From positions 58,032,001 to 58,096,000 of the forward strand of contig NC_043013.1 of NCBI RefSeq assembly GCF_006345805.1: 64,000 nucleotides of DNA, given 5' to 3'. The first letter of the stretch is position 1, and the number at the start of each line of letters is the position of its first letter. The DNA is from Octopus sinensis. Taxonomy: Eukaryota. Below the pieces are notes generated by a model, which was given only the letters and a program-made list of their open reading frames with translations, had not been told where the DNA came from and made no database searches. Shown piece after piece: positions 37,846 through 51,640 of this stretch. A program made the position numbers and the translations under genes.

Positions 37846-40734
37846 CATATAAATGTATATATATACTTGTGTCTATGTCTGTACGTGTGCCTGTATGTGT
37901 TTGTAGGAGGATACAATTATAAAAAATACATTTGTGTCAGTAGAGTTTGAATCGGACACCGTCGGTAATCTAAGTTTGATAATGTTATTTAACACCACTT
38001 CAATATTCATTGTGGAGATCTCTGTCTGAAGGCGTTCTCATTTTGAATACTCCCTCTGATTTCATTCAAATATTACGTATTTTCCAATGTCCTTTTCACT
38101 TTTTTAGACAATCTTCAGCAATTCGACGTTGATTTCCCTGCTATTTCTAACAAATTCATTGTTACATGTAAGGCCTATTTTTACATCAATCACTAAAGTA
38201 TAAAATTATTCTAGAATTTCAGCTCTCAACCATTATGTTTTATCAAAAGATCCAATGAATTTATATAGCCTAGAAGAATACAAAAACACAATTTCATTTA
38301 GGCTAGATTTGAACCAAATTTACGTCGTAATAGACGTGGAATTTTGCCAAATGCAAAGAGTTGTGTTAATCTCTGAATGTAAAGAGAAAGCCTACATCAA
38401 AGGTAAGAGGGGTAAGGATGGAGAGGTGAGATTTGGTGTTTTATTTTGCCTTTTTAACGAAAGCATTAAAAAAATGTTATTTCTAGCCGAAGAATAATAT
38501 TTTTATAGTATCCTCGTGCACATGCATAGGTGCATACACACAAGCAGGAAGTGATCCTAGAAGCTGAAGGAAATATCGCAATTATGTAAATATTCTGGGT
38601 GAAGTAGATCATTTATGAAAATTATATTTCATACGGAGAGAGGAGCTTCATGTCTACATTAGAATCTATATTTGGTCTATATGTCGATAAAAAAAAGACA
38701 AATACAAAAGCAAGGAATGAGAAAGAAAACTTAAGAGAGATCAATTTAAGACCTATTTCTATCTATTTCCTGTAATATTTTCTGATATAGCTTATTTCTG
38801 AAGATAATTGCTTTGCTGCTTTTGGTTTTGATCCTGGTATGAAAAGAGAACCGAAAAGATCATCGAGATATAATTTAGGAAAATTATATCGTTTACATTC
38901 CCATTAACTTGTGTAAATATCTGATAGATATGAAGGGGGGGGGGAGAAAAAAAACGAGAAAAGGAAATGATAATATAAAAGTAAAGAATTGTACGAAAAA
39001 ATAGATAAAGAAATATTAATTTCTTGAGAGAAATCTGATATAAAGTTGCGAAAGAAAGATGTGAAATTTAGAGTTTTAATGTTTGTTGGCAAATATCATG
39101 TTTTGGGAACGATTGATAGCAATATCATACACAATGAAAAGTTATATATGTGGCATCATCATCATCAACATCGCTGTCGTCTCTCATCACCCCATACTTA
39201 CCCTATCACTGTCGTCATCAGCAGCAAAAGTAGCACTACAACCTCCATTTTTCTCCTCCTCCTCCTCATCATCATCATCATCCTCAGTAGCGGCAGCAAC
39301 ATCACTATTTCGTATCTTTAGGTCAACAGGTTTCATTGTTTTGGTCATAATTCTCATTGCACCTCGCCCATCCCCTCCAAAACAATCGTTATTCAATTAT
39401 TTTTCGTGTCTTACCACTATTCTTGTTAATATTTTACTTTTTTTATTGGTATTGTTTTTTATACTCTCAAGTATTTGATTCTTATCTCGAAATCATTGTA
39501 AGATGTTTTATTGTTAATAATTGCCTATCACCTAGCATTCTTGTAGCAGCAACGAACGAAGAATTACACATCATTCTCTCTCTTTTCTCTCTATCTCTCT
39601 CTCATTTTATGTTTCTCTCTATCTCTCCTTGTCTTCAATCCTCCTTTCTCATCTCTCTTACTAGTCTCAACGACAATACCTACCAAAACCAAGTCTTATC
39701 TAAACCGTTTTGCCGACGACTCTACTTCTCCAATGCAGTCTCAATCCTAAACATCAAAAACTAATGAAACCAAGAGTAAGAGATTTTTCCCTCGATTAAC
39801 AACAACGCAATTCCCATTAAAAACAAGAAATATTTTCCTTTTCCCAGGAATTCTTAATAATTTTGCTTCAATTCGTTCTCAGTTTTCTTCGTGTTCTTCA
39901 ATTTGTCGTCTTCCACTTTGTCTGTTTACGTCCTTTCAAGCTGTTTCATTATTCTCACTGACTAACATCTGCCATTAATCTATCATTCCCCATCGTCTCT
40001 CCAACACTTAAATAGTATACACGACGTTCCTCACTCACTTTTTTCTCTGTCAATCCCTCTATCGTTCTCACATCTAATCCCTGACATTTATCCTTGCAAC
40101 CTTCTAAATACCACTTTGTCCTAAAACTCTGTTTTTCTTTCTTAATGCTCCCCCTCCCTCGAACTATGTCTTACATGATTGACCATCACACAAGTTGCTA
40201 ACTGCTAGCTGCTTCTCTCTCTCTCAATCGTCCACCCATCTATTTATCCAAGTAGCATACCTTTCTCTCTCTTTTCCGCCATAATCATCATAGCCACTAA
40301 TTGCTTTACTCAGTGACAGTAGAAAGAGAAAGAAAGGGTCTCCGAAAATCATAAAAAAACAACAGACATCAAAGCTGATGCGTTATATATTAACATTTTT
40401 TTAGCTATCTGTGGCACATAAGATTGCTCTTTTATTTCTTCACATTAATTTTACGCGATAGAAATAAAGTCAAATGGAAAATTCGTGGAACAGGTTTTAT
40501 CAAATTTACAGTGATGGCAGACGAAGTTTAAACCAGTTGGGTTTCAGTTTATTTTTAAATAACGAGTCTGCTGTTTTCATTAAAAAGTAGAAATATCTAG
40601 CAGCCAAAATATTCCCTAAACGTATGACAAAACGTCAATGGTGCTCGGAAAGGTGGCTTGTCAAATTTTGAGGCGTATATATGTCACCCCAGTGACGGGA
40701 CACAGATTTGTTGATTTTTGCTAATTAAAATTGT

Positions 40735-40830
40735 TTTCAAGAACACAAGGAACTACCTGCTCCGGAATTCGAAACCAGAATTTTACGCTCATAAGTTCAG
40801 CACCCTAACCACTAAGCTATGCACCTCCAC
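40735..40830 (-). mobile_element. tRNA-derived SINE head fragment
   Basis: - strand: gtggaggtgcatagcttagtggttagggtgctgaacttatga...tggtttcgaattccgg. Confidence 0.55.
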
Positions 40831-43824
40831 TCAGAAGATGTACTTGAAGTAATGCAGATAAAGATGCCAGTAAAATAATGCAATGGTCAGAGAAGGAATG
40901 TCGTGTCGTTCGTGATAGATCATAGGACAAATGGGGGTTGGTAGTGAAGGCTGCACCCTCTTTCTCAACATGCTACTCTATGGATTTAAGTTTTGTTTTG
41001 AAGTATTATTAGATTTGAAAACAGATTAACTATTAAATGATTTTGCATAATCTGGCTAGTTATAAAGAATGATGAGAGGTGCTCCTGAAGTGTACTAATT
41101 AATATATATCCAGAGTAAGACCTGCGCTGAGCCAATGAAAAACAATACTCCGTGAATCCTTTCGTTCTGCGCATCCACCATTTATCTCAGCTTTCTCCTT
41201 TTAATAGACTGGAAAACAATACTTGGGGAGAGTTTATGGTTTCAATCCTAAACTGCCACTCTGTTTAAATGTACGCACGCATAGATACGTAGTGACTTGA
41301 TTCAAACAACCTAGCATAGAAACCAGTGATGGACCCATTATGAAGTAACAATATCTGCAAGAAATAGAAGCTACGTTTCTATAGAAACAAGTCCTATCTG
41401 AAGAAAACAATGAAGGCTTTGAATAATATGCTTCTATATACTCTATGACTAATCGATTAAATTGTGATCACAATTCCCTTTTCTTTATGAGACTGAACAA
41501 CAACGAACTCTTGCCGAACTGTAGAAGTGAAAAGTCTAAGACGATAGTTTACTGCAACACCAATGCTGAATGCACGGTTTCGAACGCACTAAACTCCATA
41601 ATTTCCATGAATAGAAATCAGCAGTAAATGTTTTTTTTAATGATGTGCTTATTGTAATTCTTGTGGGTGGTTGTGTTATCGTTTAATCCTAAGTAGCCTT
41701 AGGAGAAAAGAGAAAAGAGAAAGAGAGCCTGATCAAGCAGTCTTGCTATAAAACTCATTTTTTCTGTCATCATTTCGTGCATGGCAGAAGGCATTGTTCA
41801 GTTTATCCTTCATTTAATGTTGTTTAACTTGAGGTAGACAGAGTTATTCTTTCTTGTGCATTACGTATTATGAAGTGTTTTTTCTTCGACGAAAATGCCT
41901 CTTAGCTATGACTAATCCATCTTTCTGCTGTTACAGTGTATCAAGCATGGTATTACCCAGTGTCATCAATATTTAAGTCTTATGAGTAAGATTTCAGGGG
42001 TTTGTCAATCAATCAAATAAAATATTCTATTGACTCTTTCCTCCTTAACGAAACTTCTAGGGTAGTTTACCTTCATGTCACTCTGGTAACAGGCTTTTAA
42101 GGACGTGGAGTTATCACTTTTATATGGTAAAATCTTTCTTTCTCGAAATAATTTTTAAGCACAGATTATAAATAGCTTTTGTTTATATCATCTCATTACT
42201 TGTTTGTCCTTTTAATTATATTTTATTCCCGATGTTTACCAATCATTCACCATTTACTTATCATTTTGTAATATTTTTATCGTGCATAATCATGGAATCT
42301 AAAATGTGAAGGTATTTAGATAAATCGAGCATGGTGCCACCGTTCGGTTCAATATATACTTAAAGAAACGGGCCTTGTGCCGAGAGTAGAAAAGAATATC
42401 TACTTAAAGAATCATTGTCATTAATACAACTCTTCTGAACAATTAGCAACTAAAATTAGGAAAATTAAGTTCAAGCGAAGTTCAAAAGCTTTTGAATTAT
42501 TGTCGATTGAGGTAACGAATACCTTGAAATTTTGCTGTCCTCTGTGCACTGATTTCAAATCCTCAAAAGTCATCTTTGTTTATTATCTTCCTAGGGTCGA
42601 TAAATTTGGTGCTGTTCAAGTATTGTTGTTGATCGTATATACTTGTGTGTTTTTCTGTCTCCCTATCGAAGTCCTCCATGTTGTTCTTTGAAGAAAATCG
42701 TGTGGGGGTGAGGCCAGCATCAATCTTTCGAAAAATGAGAGAAAGTTGGGCAAGAGTAAATAAGGCAAGGAATGATATTATTCACCTGTACTTGACTCAT
42801 ACTTGATGGTATGAACCCGGAAGCCAACCTTGGCTACGATTTGAACGTAGACACTAAGATACACAACCATACTTTGTTCGCAGCTCATCTGATTGTGCCT
42901 TCCACAAAAATGAAGAATATGAATGATAATAATTATCATTATGTCTTTCATAGTGATATTATTGTTCTTAAACCCAAGGTTACACGTGATCTGGTTTAGC
43001 TATGACCACAGAAGTTTCAGCTATTACCAAGCCGTTTATAATTTGTAAATTCTAGAGAGTCTTTTCCGAAAAGTGTAATATACAGGACAACCAAAACCAC
43101 TGTGCCATTCCTACTGTTGGCAGACTGTGTTTCCTTTTCTGGCTGCTATGTTTAACAAGCCAATCCACAGTGATGATCAGCACAAATTATCTCTTGTGTT
43201 GTTTAATGCAGCACCGGATCCTCTCTCCACATCACATCCTATTTCAAACTAGCCTTTACATCTCACTAAATTTCTGATTAATCTTATATTATATATAACA
43301 CACAATAAGTCTACGAGTCCGACACAGTAAGTCTTCATTAGATGAAAATATAATTTTTTTCCCATTCAAATATCTTCTTTGCTGGTAATATTGATTAATA
43401 TTTTATTTAATTACAGCAGTTATTATGTCTTTTTGATGTTCACAACCAATTTTCCCTCTTTTAATTGGTTTGGTTCTTTCAGCTCCTTTTGTTGCTTAGA
43501 TCTACACCAAACTTAGATTTTGACTCTTTTTTTATCTTCCTCCATAGATTATCTACAAACCACAGGAATCTGTAATGGTTTATTTTCTTATGTTGAATAC
43601 ATACATTCTAATTGGCTCACTATCGATAAAGTTCACCAAACCTTTTACTTTCGACTAAATTACCGTCATGATTACTGTTCTACTTTAGAATTTCAAAGTT
43701 AATTCATTCAATAATATAAATGCAGCATACATAATCTCTAACAATTTCACTGTAATACTTTAAACATAAACAATAAAAGCTACACAAACACTAATGTAAG
43801 ACACTCATTCCACACACACACACA

Positions 43825-43855
<31 letters not shown>

Positions 43856-44343
43856 CACCTATGCCATCGTTCATACATATTCCTCCTAATCATGCATCTG
43901 TTGATGACACTGCGTCTAAACTAAGTAATTTCATGCTTTATATATGTAACGAAATCCTCCGACAATTAACTCATCTATTTTCGTAATGTTATATAAGATT
44001 ATATATATATATAGATATATATATACATATATTTACTCTGTCTATATATCCACCCTCTTTGTAATGTTGGCAAATGAAATAAGTATTAAAATGTGCATTG
44101 TCCGTTTAATTAAAATATTCTACATGCGGCTGAAGATTGCTCCACATTTTACAACTGATGTAATACTTACATTGTTTAATAAAATGAAGCAGCATGAAAC
44201 GATTGTACTACACCACCTTGGATATCCTTGTTGCTTATTTTGATTATAATCACCCCATTTGATTTATATGGATAATACCATACCAAATTCTGGTGCCTTT
44301 AACTTAAGTACCATATTCATCTGAATATATATATATATATAAT

Positions 44344-44388
<45 letters not shown>

Positions 44389-44539
44389 GCGTCATATTTA
44401 AACAAACATAATTTTGCTTTTGAAGCGTTGAAATGTATTGTAGAACAAGTAGAAGGGTATTTTTTTCTTCAAAGCGTAAATACTGACAGAGCAGCATATA
44501 CAGGATAAAATCCTTTATAACAGAAACCTATTTGTCGGC

Positions 44540-45380
44540 AAATTTAGAAGTGGTTTTCGACAAGGCACTGTGTTGGGCCCATTCTTTACATCATCCACAT
44601 CAATGACATTACTGACATCATCAAGTATAGCATCATCTGTGCAGAACTTTAGCAGATGATTCCAAGATCCAGTTGGTCATCAATGAAGTGAGTGACCGGA
44701 AATGCTTTCAGTGACATTTACTGTCATCAAATGGGCGGAAAAAAATAATATGCCACTGAACGAGGACAAATTTGAGTTAATCCACTTCAGAAAAAAGAAT
44801 ATCCTGAAACTCCCACACTCCCTACCTTCAGGTGAAACTCTCATTCATCGAACAACATCAGAGACTTGGGAGTAATTGAGGATAACAACACAAGCTGGGC
44901 CGTTCATATGAACCGCAAAGTTGACATGGCCCGCAGAATGTATTCCTGAATTCTCAGAACCTTCCAGTCCAGAGATATCCAGACCATTATCCTACTCTTC
45001 TCCACTTTTGCCCGACCCCATCTTGAATACTGTAGTCCATTGTGGTCTTCCCACAGGAAACAAAGTAACATGAAAGTTGAGGCATCCCAAAGATCAATTG
45101 CAAAAACGATAGATGGCATGACAGGCCTTGACTATTGGGGTCGACTAGAAAAGCTCAAGCTTTATTCTATCCAACACCGCTGTAAGCATTGCCCAAACAT
45201 TTAAGATACGATCAAGACTTAAGCCCACGACATAAATCATACTCGCATCACATAACAATAATACGGCCCAATTACCTCACTTCAATTGGCCCGACTCTCT
45301 TTAACAATACACTAAAGCACATTAAAGCAGAAACAAACCCCATAAAGTTCAAATGCCTTCAAAAAATCCCAGATGAACCT
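44540..45380 (+). mobile_element. CR1/L2-like LINE 3' remnant
   Basis: QGTVLGPILYIIHINDI..ADDSKI..LNEDKFELIHF..RDLGVI..RPHLEYCSPLWS, with stops and frameshifts. Confidence 0.75.
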
Positions 45381-45381
45381 C

Positions 45382-45468
45382 CTACTATAATCTTGGGCCG
45401 ACCAACACCTTGTGAGTGGTTTTGGTAGACGGAAACTGGAAGAAGCCCGTCGTATATGTATATATATA

Positions 45469-45538
<70 letters not shown>

Positions 45539-45761
45539 GTGTGTGTGTATATATTTTTGTGTCTGTGTTTGTCCCCCCCTAACATCGCATGACAACCGAT
45601 GCTGGTGTGTTTACGTCTCCGTAACTTAGCGGTTCGGCAAATGAGTCCGATAGAATAAGTACTAGGCTTACAAAAGAATAAGTCCTGGTGTCGATTTGCT
45701 CGACTAAAGACGGTGCTGCAGCATGGCCGCAGTCAAATGACTGAAACAAGTAAAAGAGAGT
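45382..45761 (+). mobile_element. 5'-truncated SINE, family of 35611-35955
   Basis: gggccgacc...ttgtgagtgg.tttggtagacggaaactg...gactgaaacaagtaaaagag. Confidence 0.8.
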
Positions 45762-46039
45762 AATAAAGGTGCGAATGATATTGGTGAAATGCATTTGATC
45801 CTGGAGAGGTGACCCAGGGACAACTTCAGCAACAAAACTAAACATACTGTTTATGTTTGTCACTATGTCTGCAAAGATACAGAAAATTATATCCCTGCAG
45901 CCAAATACCAGACTTACTCTGTAATACATTCCATTATCAATTTTATTTGATTCTAATTCCATCTGTGTCTCCCTGCCTTTCTGAGCCAGCGTAATAATTC
46001 AACTTTTCAGATTTTCTTCTTCTCTTCCATAGTTATAAT

Positions 46040-46256
46040 GCTGGTTTCAAATTTTGGCACAAGGCTTTCAATTTCAGTACGGGATAAGTCGATTACATTG
46101 ACTCCAGTGTTCAACAAGTACTTATTTTATCAACCCCGTAAAGATGAAAAGCAAATTTGACCTCCGTAAAATGTGAACTTTCAAAGCATAAAGATGAACA
46201 AAATGCTTAGCAGCATTTTGCCCGGCGTGTTAACTCTTCTGCCAGTTCGCCACCGT
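46040..46256 (-). mobile_element. SINE, second abundant family, decayed
   Basis: ggtttcaaattttggcacaaggc...tacttattttatcaacccc...gcattttgcccggcgtgttaac...tctgccag. A paralog lies at 46550-46765. Confidence 0.65.
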
Positions 46257-46549
46257 TTTGAGTCATAATATGAACTGATATTTATTGTTTTGTCGCATTA
46301 AGTATGCTAGGGTTCTAATAAGTTTGGAGCATATCTCGTGTAGTCATTGTACTGAAAAGTATCATACTTACATGCCACTACAATCTATTTTGACCAATTT
46401 TTGTTTTAATTTTGGGATTCGTTTCTTTATTTTTTAACCGCAATTAATTACGGAGATAATTATTCCTCCTCATTACGTGTAGTTTTAGTCAGTTAACATT
46501 TCTTATCCCATTAAACCTTACTTACATGACAATAACATTAAACGCTGTT

Positions 46550-46765
46550 TACAATGCTTTCAAATTTTGATACAAGGCCAGTAACTTTGGGGCAGGTGGG
46601 GCTAGTCGATTTCATAGACTTCATGCTCGATTGGTCCGTATTTTCTCGACCTAGAACGGATGAAAGGCGAAGTGGAAGGCCACGGAATTTAAACTTACAA
46701 ACGTAAAGATAGACGAGACGCCACTAAGCATTTAGCCGGCATGCTAACAGTTCTGCCGGTCCTTA
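46550..46765 (-). mobile_element. SINE, second abundant family, decayed
   Basis: Aligns by eye with 46040-46256. Confidence 0.65.
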
Positions 46766-47647
46766 CACTTGTGCAGAGCATCGTTTAAATATTGATGGCC
46801 ATATCGCTGAAGACTGTCATAGTCCACCTGGATTATTTAGACCAGCAGCACAACGATTACACACACACGTAGACATTCAGTCGTACATACACACGTCTCT
46901 GTTGGATCGCCAATTGGAAATTTCGGTCGCATTTCATTTTCTTTCTTTTTTGCTTTGTCTTTGTTTCCTTATTTCTCACTCACTTTATTCCAGCGGGAAT
47001 TATTCAGTGAAATGAAAAAGACATAAGCATAAATCAAAACAAAGAACAAATAATTATCTTACATACACGCATGGATACGCATAGACACACGCATACATGT
47101 GTTATGCACACACACACACACACGCATATATCTGTCAATATTTACGTCTATCCACGTGTCTATCATCCATGGATACGTATACTTACACACACACACACAC
47201 ATACATACAGTCACATGCACACATACTCATTGATCATTCTATAGAAAGATTGCCTGGACATTGTCTGTGCTTTAGTAGTTTTGTCCTGCCGTTTGATCTG
47301 GGGCTTATCAACCGTTCACCGCATTGCCAACTCCTTGATGTGCAGTCACCGTAAAAATAACGACATAAACAGTCAGGAAGAGACAACAACACTGGCCATC
47401 AGTTTATATTTATTCCTATCACCGCATCCTAAATTGCTGCCGCCGATGTCCTCAACATATTTTATAATCCAGGAATTGATTGACTCAAGCAGACCGGACA
47501 ATTTTGGAATTCTTTTAAACATAGACAACAATGTAAGAAGCACGAGGGAGAGGGAAGATTGAGTTTGCCGTATTTCTTCTTCCATATAAATATGTATGTA
47601 TATATATATATATGTATATATTATATATGTATATATATATATTATAT

Positions 47648-47698
<51 letters not shown>

Positions 47699-47723
47699 GT
47701 ATATATATATATATGTATATGTA

Positions 47724-47786
<63 letters not shown>

Positions 47787-48404
47787 ACTATACACTTATA
47801 TATATGTGTGTGTGTATTTATATATAGTATATATATACATGTGTGTGTGCGCGCGTTTGCTTGTTTGTTTGATTTCTCCAGCAGAGAAAGGAAAGGTTTT
47901 AAATTGCTTTCTGTCCAAACTTTTTCGTTTCCATTTCACTAAGAAGCAAAGGTCAGTGAGAACAGCAAATTATCAAAGCAGTATTAAACATGTGGCTTTT
48001 AATAAATCCTCTCTCCGCACCCAAATGTCATTGATGTTCAATGTAGTTTGATGCTAAGAACCAATGAAGTTTTAACTCTGCTACTCTAGGATCTTCATGG
48101 AGGAAGCTTCACTCTTCTGCAATTAATATTGACGTAGAAACGAAACTGGCTGGTTGTTGTTGTTGCTGTTGCCTTCACTACTGCTTCTGCTGCTGTTTTT
48201 TTTTATTGCTTATTTTTGTTGTTCTTTCAGCTGTTGATTTTCTTCTGATGTTGTTGCTCTTGTAGCTGCTAATGTCATGGCAGAAACTGTTTTAGTAGTT
48301 TATTTAGCAATTATTTTTAATTCCAAATTATTCATTTGTCGATTTCGTCGCTCTCATTGTCATTAACATTCTCCATATTATTATTATTATAATTATTATT
48401 ATTA

Positions 48405-49441
48405 TCTTTTTCTTTCAAATTTGCTTCCATTTCTTGCCGAGTGTCTTCCCGACTCCTAGGGCAAAATAACTCATAGTATACATTGGTAGGCCAAACTCAA
48501 TAGTTCGTTCATTTTTTTTTTTTAAGTTAAAAAACTATTACTACATGTGTAGTAATAGTTCTCACAGCGACAATGCTCTTCTCAATACGTGTGATGTAAC
48601 CGTTAAGACAATCTTTTGCACTTCTTGCAGGGATGGTAAGCCAGGGATAATTCTCATATAATTTTCGGTTCCCTTCTTGATCATTCCTAGTGCTCCTACG
48701 ATCACTGGTATTGTAACCGCCTTGAGATGCCACATTTTCTCAATTTCAATGAGCAGGTCTTTATATTTTCTGAACTTGTCAAACTCTTTCGCCGAGATAT
48801 TATGATTACAGGGGATGCTCATGTCGATCAATAAGCAAACTTTATTGTTTTTGTCTTTCACAACAATATCTGGTTTATTGGCTTTGATGGTTCGGTCTGT
48901 ATGTACTGGAAAGTCCCACAGAATCGTTACACTTTCTCCTTCAGTTACACCTTCAGGGTGGTGATTATACCACTTGTCGGCAGTTTTGATATTGTAATGC
49001 CGACTTATTAGCCAGTGGAGATATTGGCCAACTCTGTCATGTCTTAATTTATACTCCACTGGTGCTAAGACTTTACATCCAGATATTAGGTGGTCCACGG
49101 TTTCAATCATGTCATTGCAGAATCGGTATTTTGGGTCTGCTCCATTTTTCATCACATTGGCATGGTAGTTCCGGGTTAATAGGCTTTGATCTTGAGCAGC
49201 CAGGATGAAACCTTCGCTCTCTGCTTTTAGCCGTGAGCTCCGTAGCCACTGATGGGTTTGCTTCTGGTCGACATCAGCTTGTTTGCTACGGGCCACATAT
49301 TTGCCGTGCAGAGGTTTCTCCTCCCACCTATCAGCCAATTGCTCGTGCGCTTTTTTCGTTGCCATTTTGTTCACCTTCTTTGCAACAATAGTTGCTGTAC
49401 TTCCCTTGGGTTGTTCAGTTTGGGTATCCTGCACGAGATCA
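48405..49441 (-). mobile_element. R4/Dong-type non-LTR retrotransposon 3' end (CCHC knuckle + RLE), intact ORF remnant 48562-49434
   Basis: WEEKPLHGKY, AAQDQSLLTRNY, [C>Y]RFC..ETVDHLISGC, RHDRVG, PDIVVKD..LLIDMSIP, IPVIVGALG. (TAA)n on both sides. Confidence 0.9.
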
Positions 49442-49447
49442 ATAGCA

Positions 49448-49502
<55 letters not shown>

Positions 49503-50505
49503 GTTGTTGTTGTTGTTGTTGTTGTTTCATCATTCTTTCCGCTGTGTTGACGGCAGAAATAGCTTTCGTTATTTTTTGCATGTGGTTTTTCATAAGTTTG
49601 TTATGGTTATTACTGCTGTCATTATTGATAATGGTAAGTTGCTAGGATGCCAGCTTGGCAGTGTGTGTTACAAAGTGGTTAAATAATATTACAGTTAAAC
49701 TTACAGCACAGTTCTCATTGATGCCTCTTTATATATCATGCCATGAAACGACTTATGTTTCTTGACATAACCAGATCAACCTCTAGTCTTCTCCCAATGA
49801 AATGATGAACTTAGTCATCGAATTAACTCTTCATGTTTCCATATTCAAGAAAATAATGTACAAGTTGAAGAATGGGATCCATCAACTACACCGAGCCACA
49901 TAATATGAGGCTTTCTTCAATATTTTAACAATTAATTGTTACCATTATTGCTATTTATTATTATTTTTTCAGACAGACGACGAGCAGCAATATAGCATTC
50001 TTTAATCCGGAAGTGCTCAAATTAGCAAGCATATCCGGTCATGTTAAATTGTTCGAAAGGAGAGAACAACGTTTGTGGTGCCACATCTAAACGTGGAGTG
50101 ATTTCTCTCGAAATATTATGACTGTTTTTTTGACAGGAACATTGTTGTTTTTTTTTTAGGTGAAATTAAAACGGAATTTAAATGATTGTGAGGAAATGGC
50201 GATGTTAATCAAAGTTATTAATGTTGTGGTGAAGATGTAACGAAATAGTGATTGGAGGGAGTAAAGCAAAGTTTTATGCGCTTTATGTGATAATATAATC
50301 GATAGATATAACGCGATTTACAGAAATGATAAGAAGCGAATAATTTTCAGTGTCACCAAACAAATAATGAGTCTCCTTTGGAAACGGGATTTGTCTTAAA
50401 ATTCTAATAAGCGTCAACTTTAACATCAATATTTAGTGGTTAGTAATTTGCAACATTGTGTTTTACACGAGCTACCCCGGACACAACATACAAACAGATA
50501 TATAT

Positions 50506-50667
50506 ATATACTTTATTTTAAGCAGTAGCAAATTCAACAAAACCTGTTACTCTGAGTTTCACGTTGCCGTTCATCGGACAGTTAGCATAAACTGTCCGAT
50601 GAACGGCAACGTGAAACTCAGAGTAACAGGTTTTGTTGAAGTTTCTACTGCTTTAAATAAAGCATAT
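50506..50667. repeat. Near-perfect palindrome (~75-bp arms, 6-nt spacer agcata) made of two inverted PLE-type terminal repeats
   Basis: The inner arms 50537-50583 and 50590-50636 are exact reverse complements. The outer arms have a few mismatches. Confidence 0.9.
50590..50632 (+). ncRNA. Minimal type I hammerhead motif with U4>C; mirror copy on the - strand at 50541-50583
   Basis: cugu-CCGAUGA-ACG-GCAA-CGU-GAAAC-UCAGA-GUA-acag. Stem I is 4 bp, stem II is 3 bp with a GNRA loop, and stem III is ACUC-A-GAGU. Predicted cleavage after 50625. Confidence 0.7.
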
Positions 50668-50731
50668 TACTCTGCCATTGGTATTGAGTACTCTTTTTTT
50701 CCACCTTGTTTCACATTTATGTGTTTACTCC

Positions 50732-50807
<76 letters not shown>

Positions 50808-50813
<6 letters not shown>

Positions 50814-51640
50814 TAATTCTTATGCTTTGCTAAAAACTTGATTTCGAAACGTGCGTCCGTAGATAACTTAAAATTGTATGATAGATTGCCGTCAATTCAT
50901 TCTCTCTTACCTGTTTGTGTCTGCCTTCCAATTGCTGTTTTTACTGAGATCTCCCTTTTTAGTAGAAGAAATAGCTATAACTCTTTGACTGCTATTTCTA
51001 AATTCGGTATGTGGTAAGGCAATTCGTTGCTAAACCCTTTATTGCTTAGTATTACTTAAATTTTCCTCGAATGAGGCTTTTACATGCCGAAGACTACTTG
51101 GTGTAATTGATAATTATTCCAAATTAATTAATTTCACCCTTCATTATTACGGATAACCATATTTTATCTCAGTAGATGACCAAAGCATCTTGTTTTGGCT
51201 ACACGCGGGTGGGAAGGGGCTGGTGACACAATCTTTTCATTCACACTTTGAATTTGGGGATACTAGTTGCGGATTCTAGCTCGCTCTGATACTGAGTTGA
51301 GTTGGTGCCTTCTAGTATCTCAAAATTCAATATATAATCATTTATGATTATAGTATTCTACGCTGAAGAGAAAAGAAGTTTTGGTAAGGTAGAATTATTT
51401 AATATTTAATTCTTATGCTTTCCTAAAAACTTGATTTCGAAACGTGCGTCCGTAGATAACTTAAAATTGTATGATAGATTGCCGTCAATTCATTCTCTCT
51501 TACCTGTTGTGTCTGCCTTCCAATTGCTGTTTTTACTGAGATCTCCCTTTTTAGTAGAAGAAATAGCTATAACTCTTTGACTGCTATTTCTAAATTCGGT
51601 ATGTGGTAAGGCAATTCGTTGCTAAACCCTTTATTGCTTA

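Noticed and set aside
43898-43927. CTGTTGA-T-GAC-actgc-GTC-TAAAC-taa-GTA, resembling the U6 variant
   Set aside because: The G12 equivalent is T, stem I is only 2 bp, and there is no PLE context.
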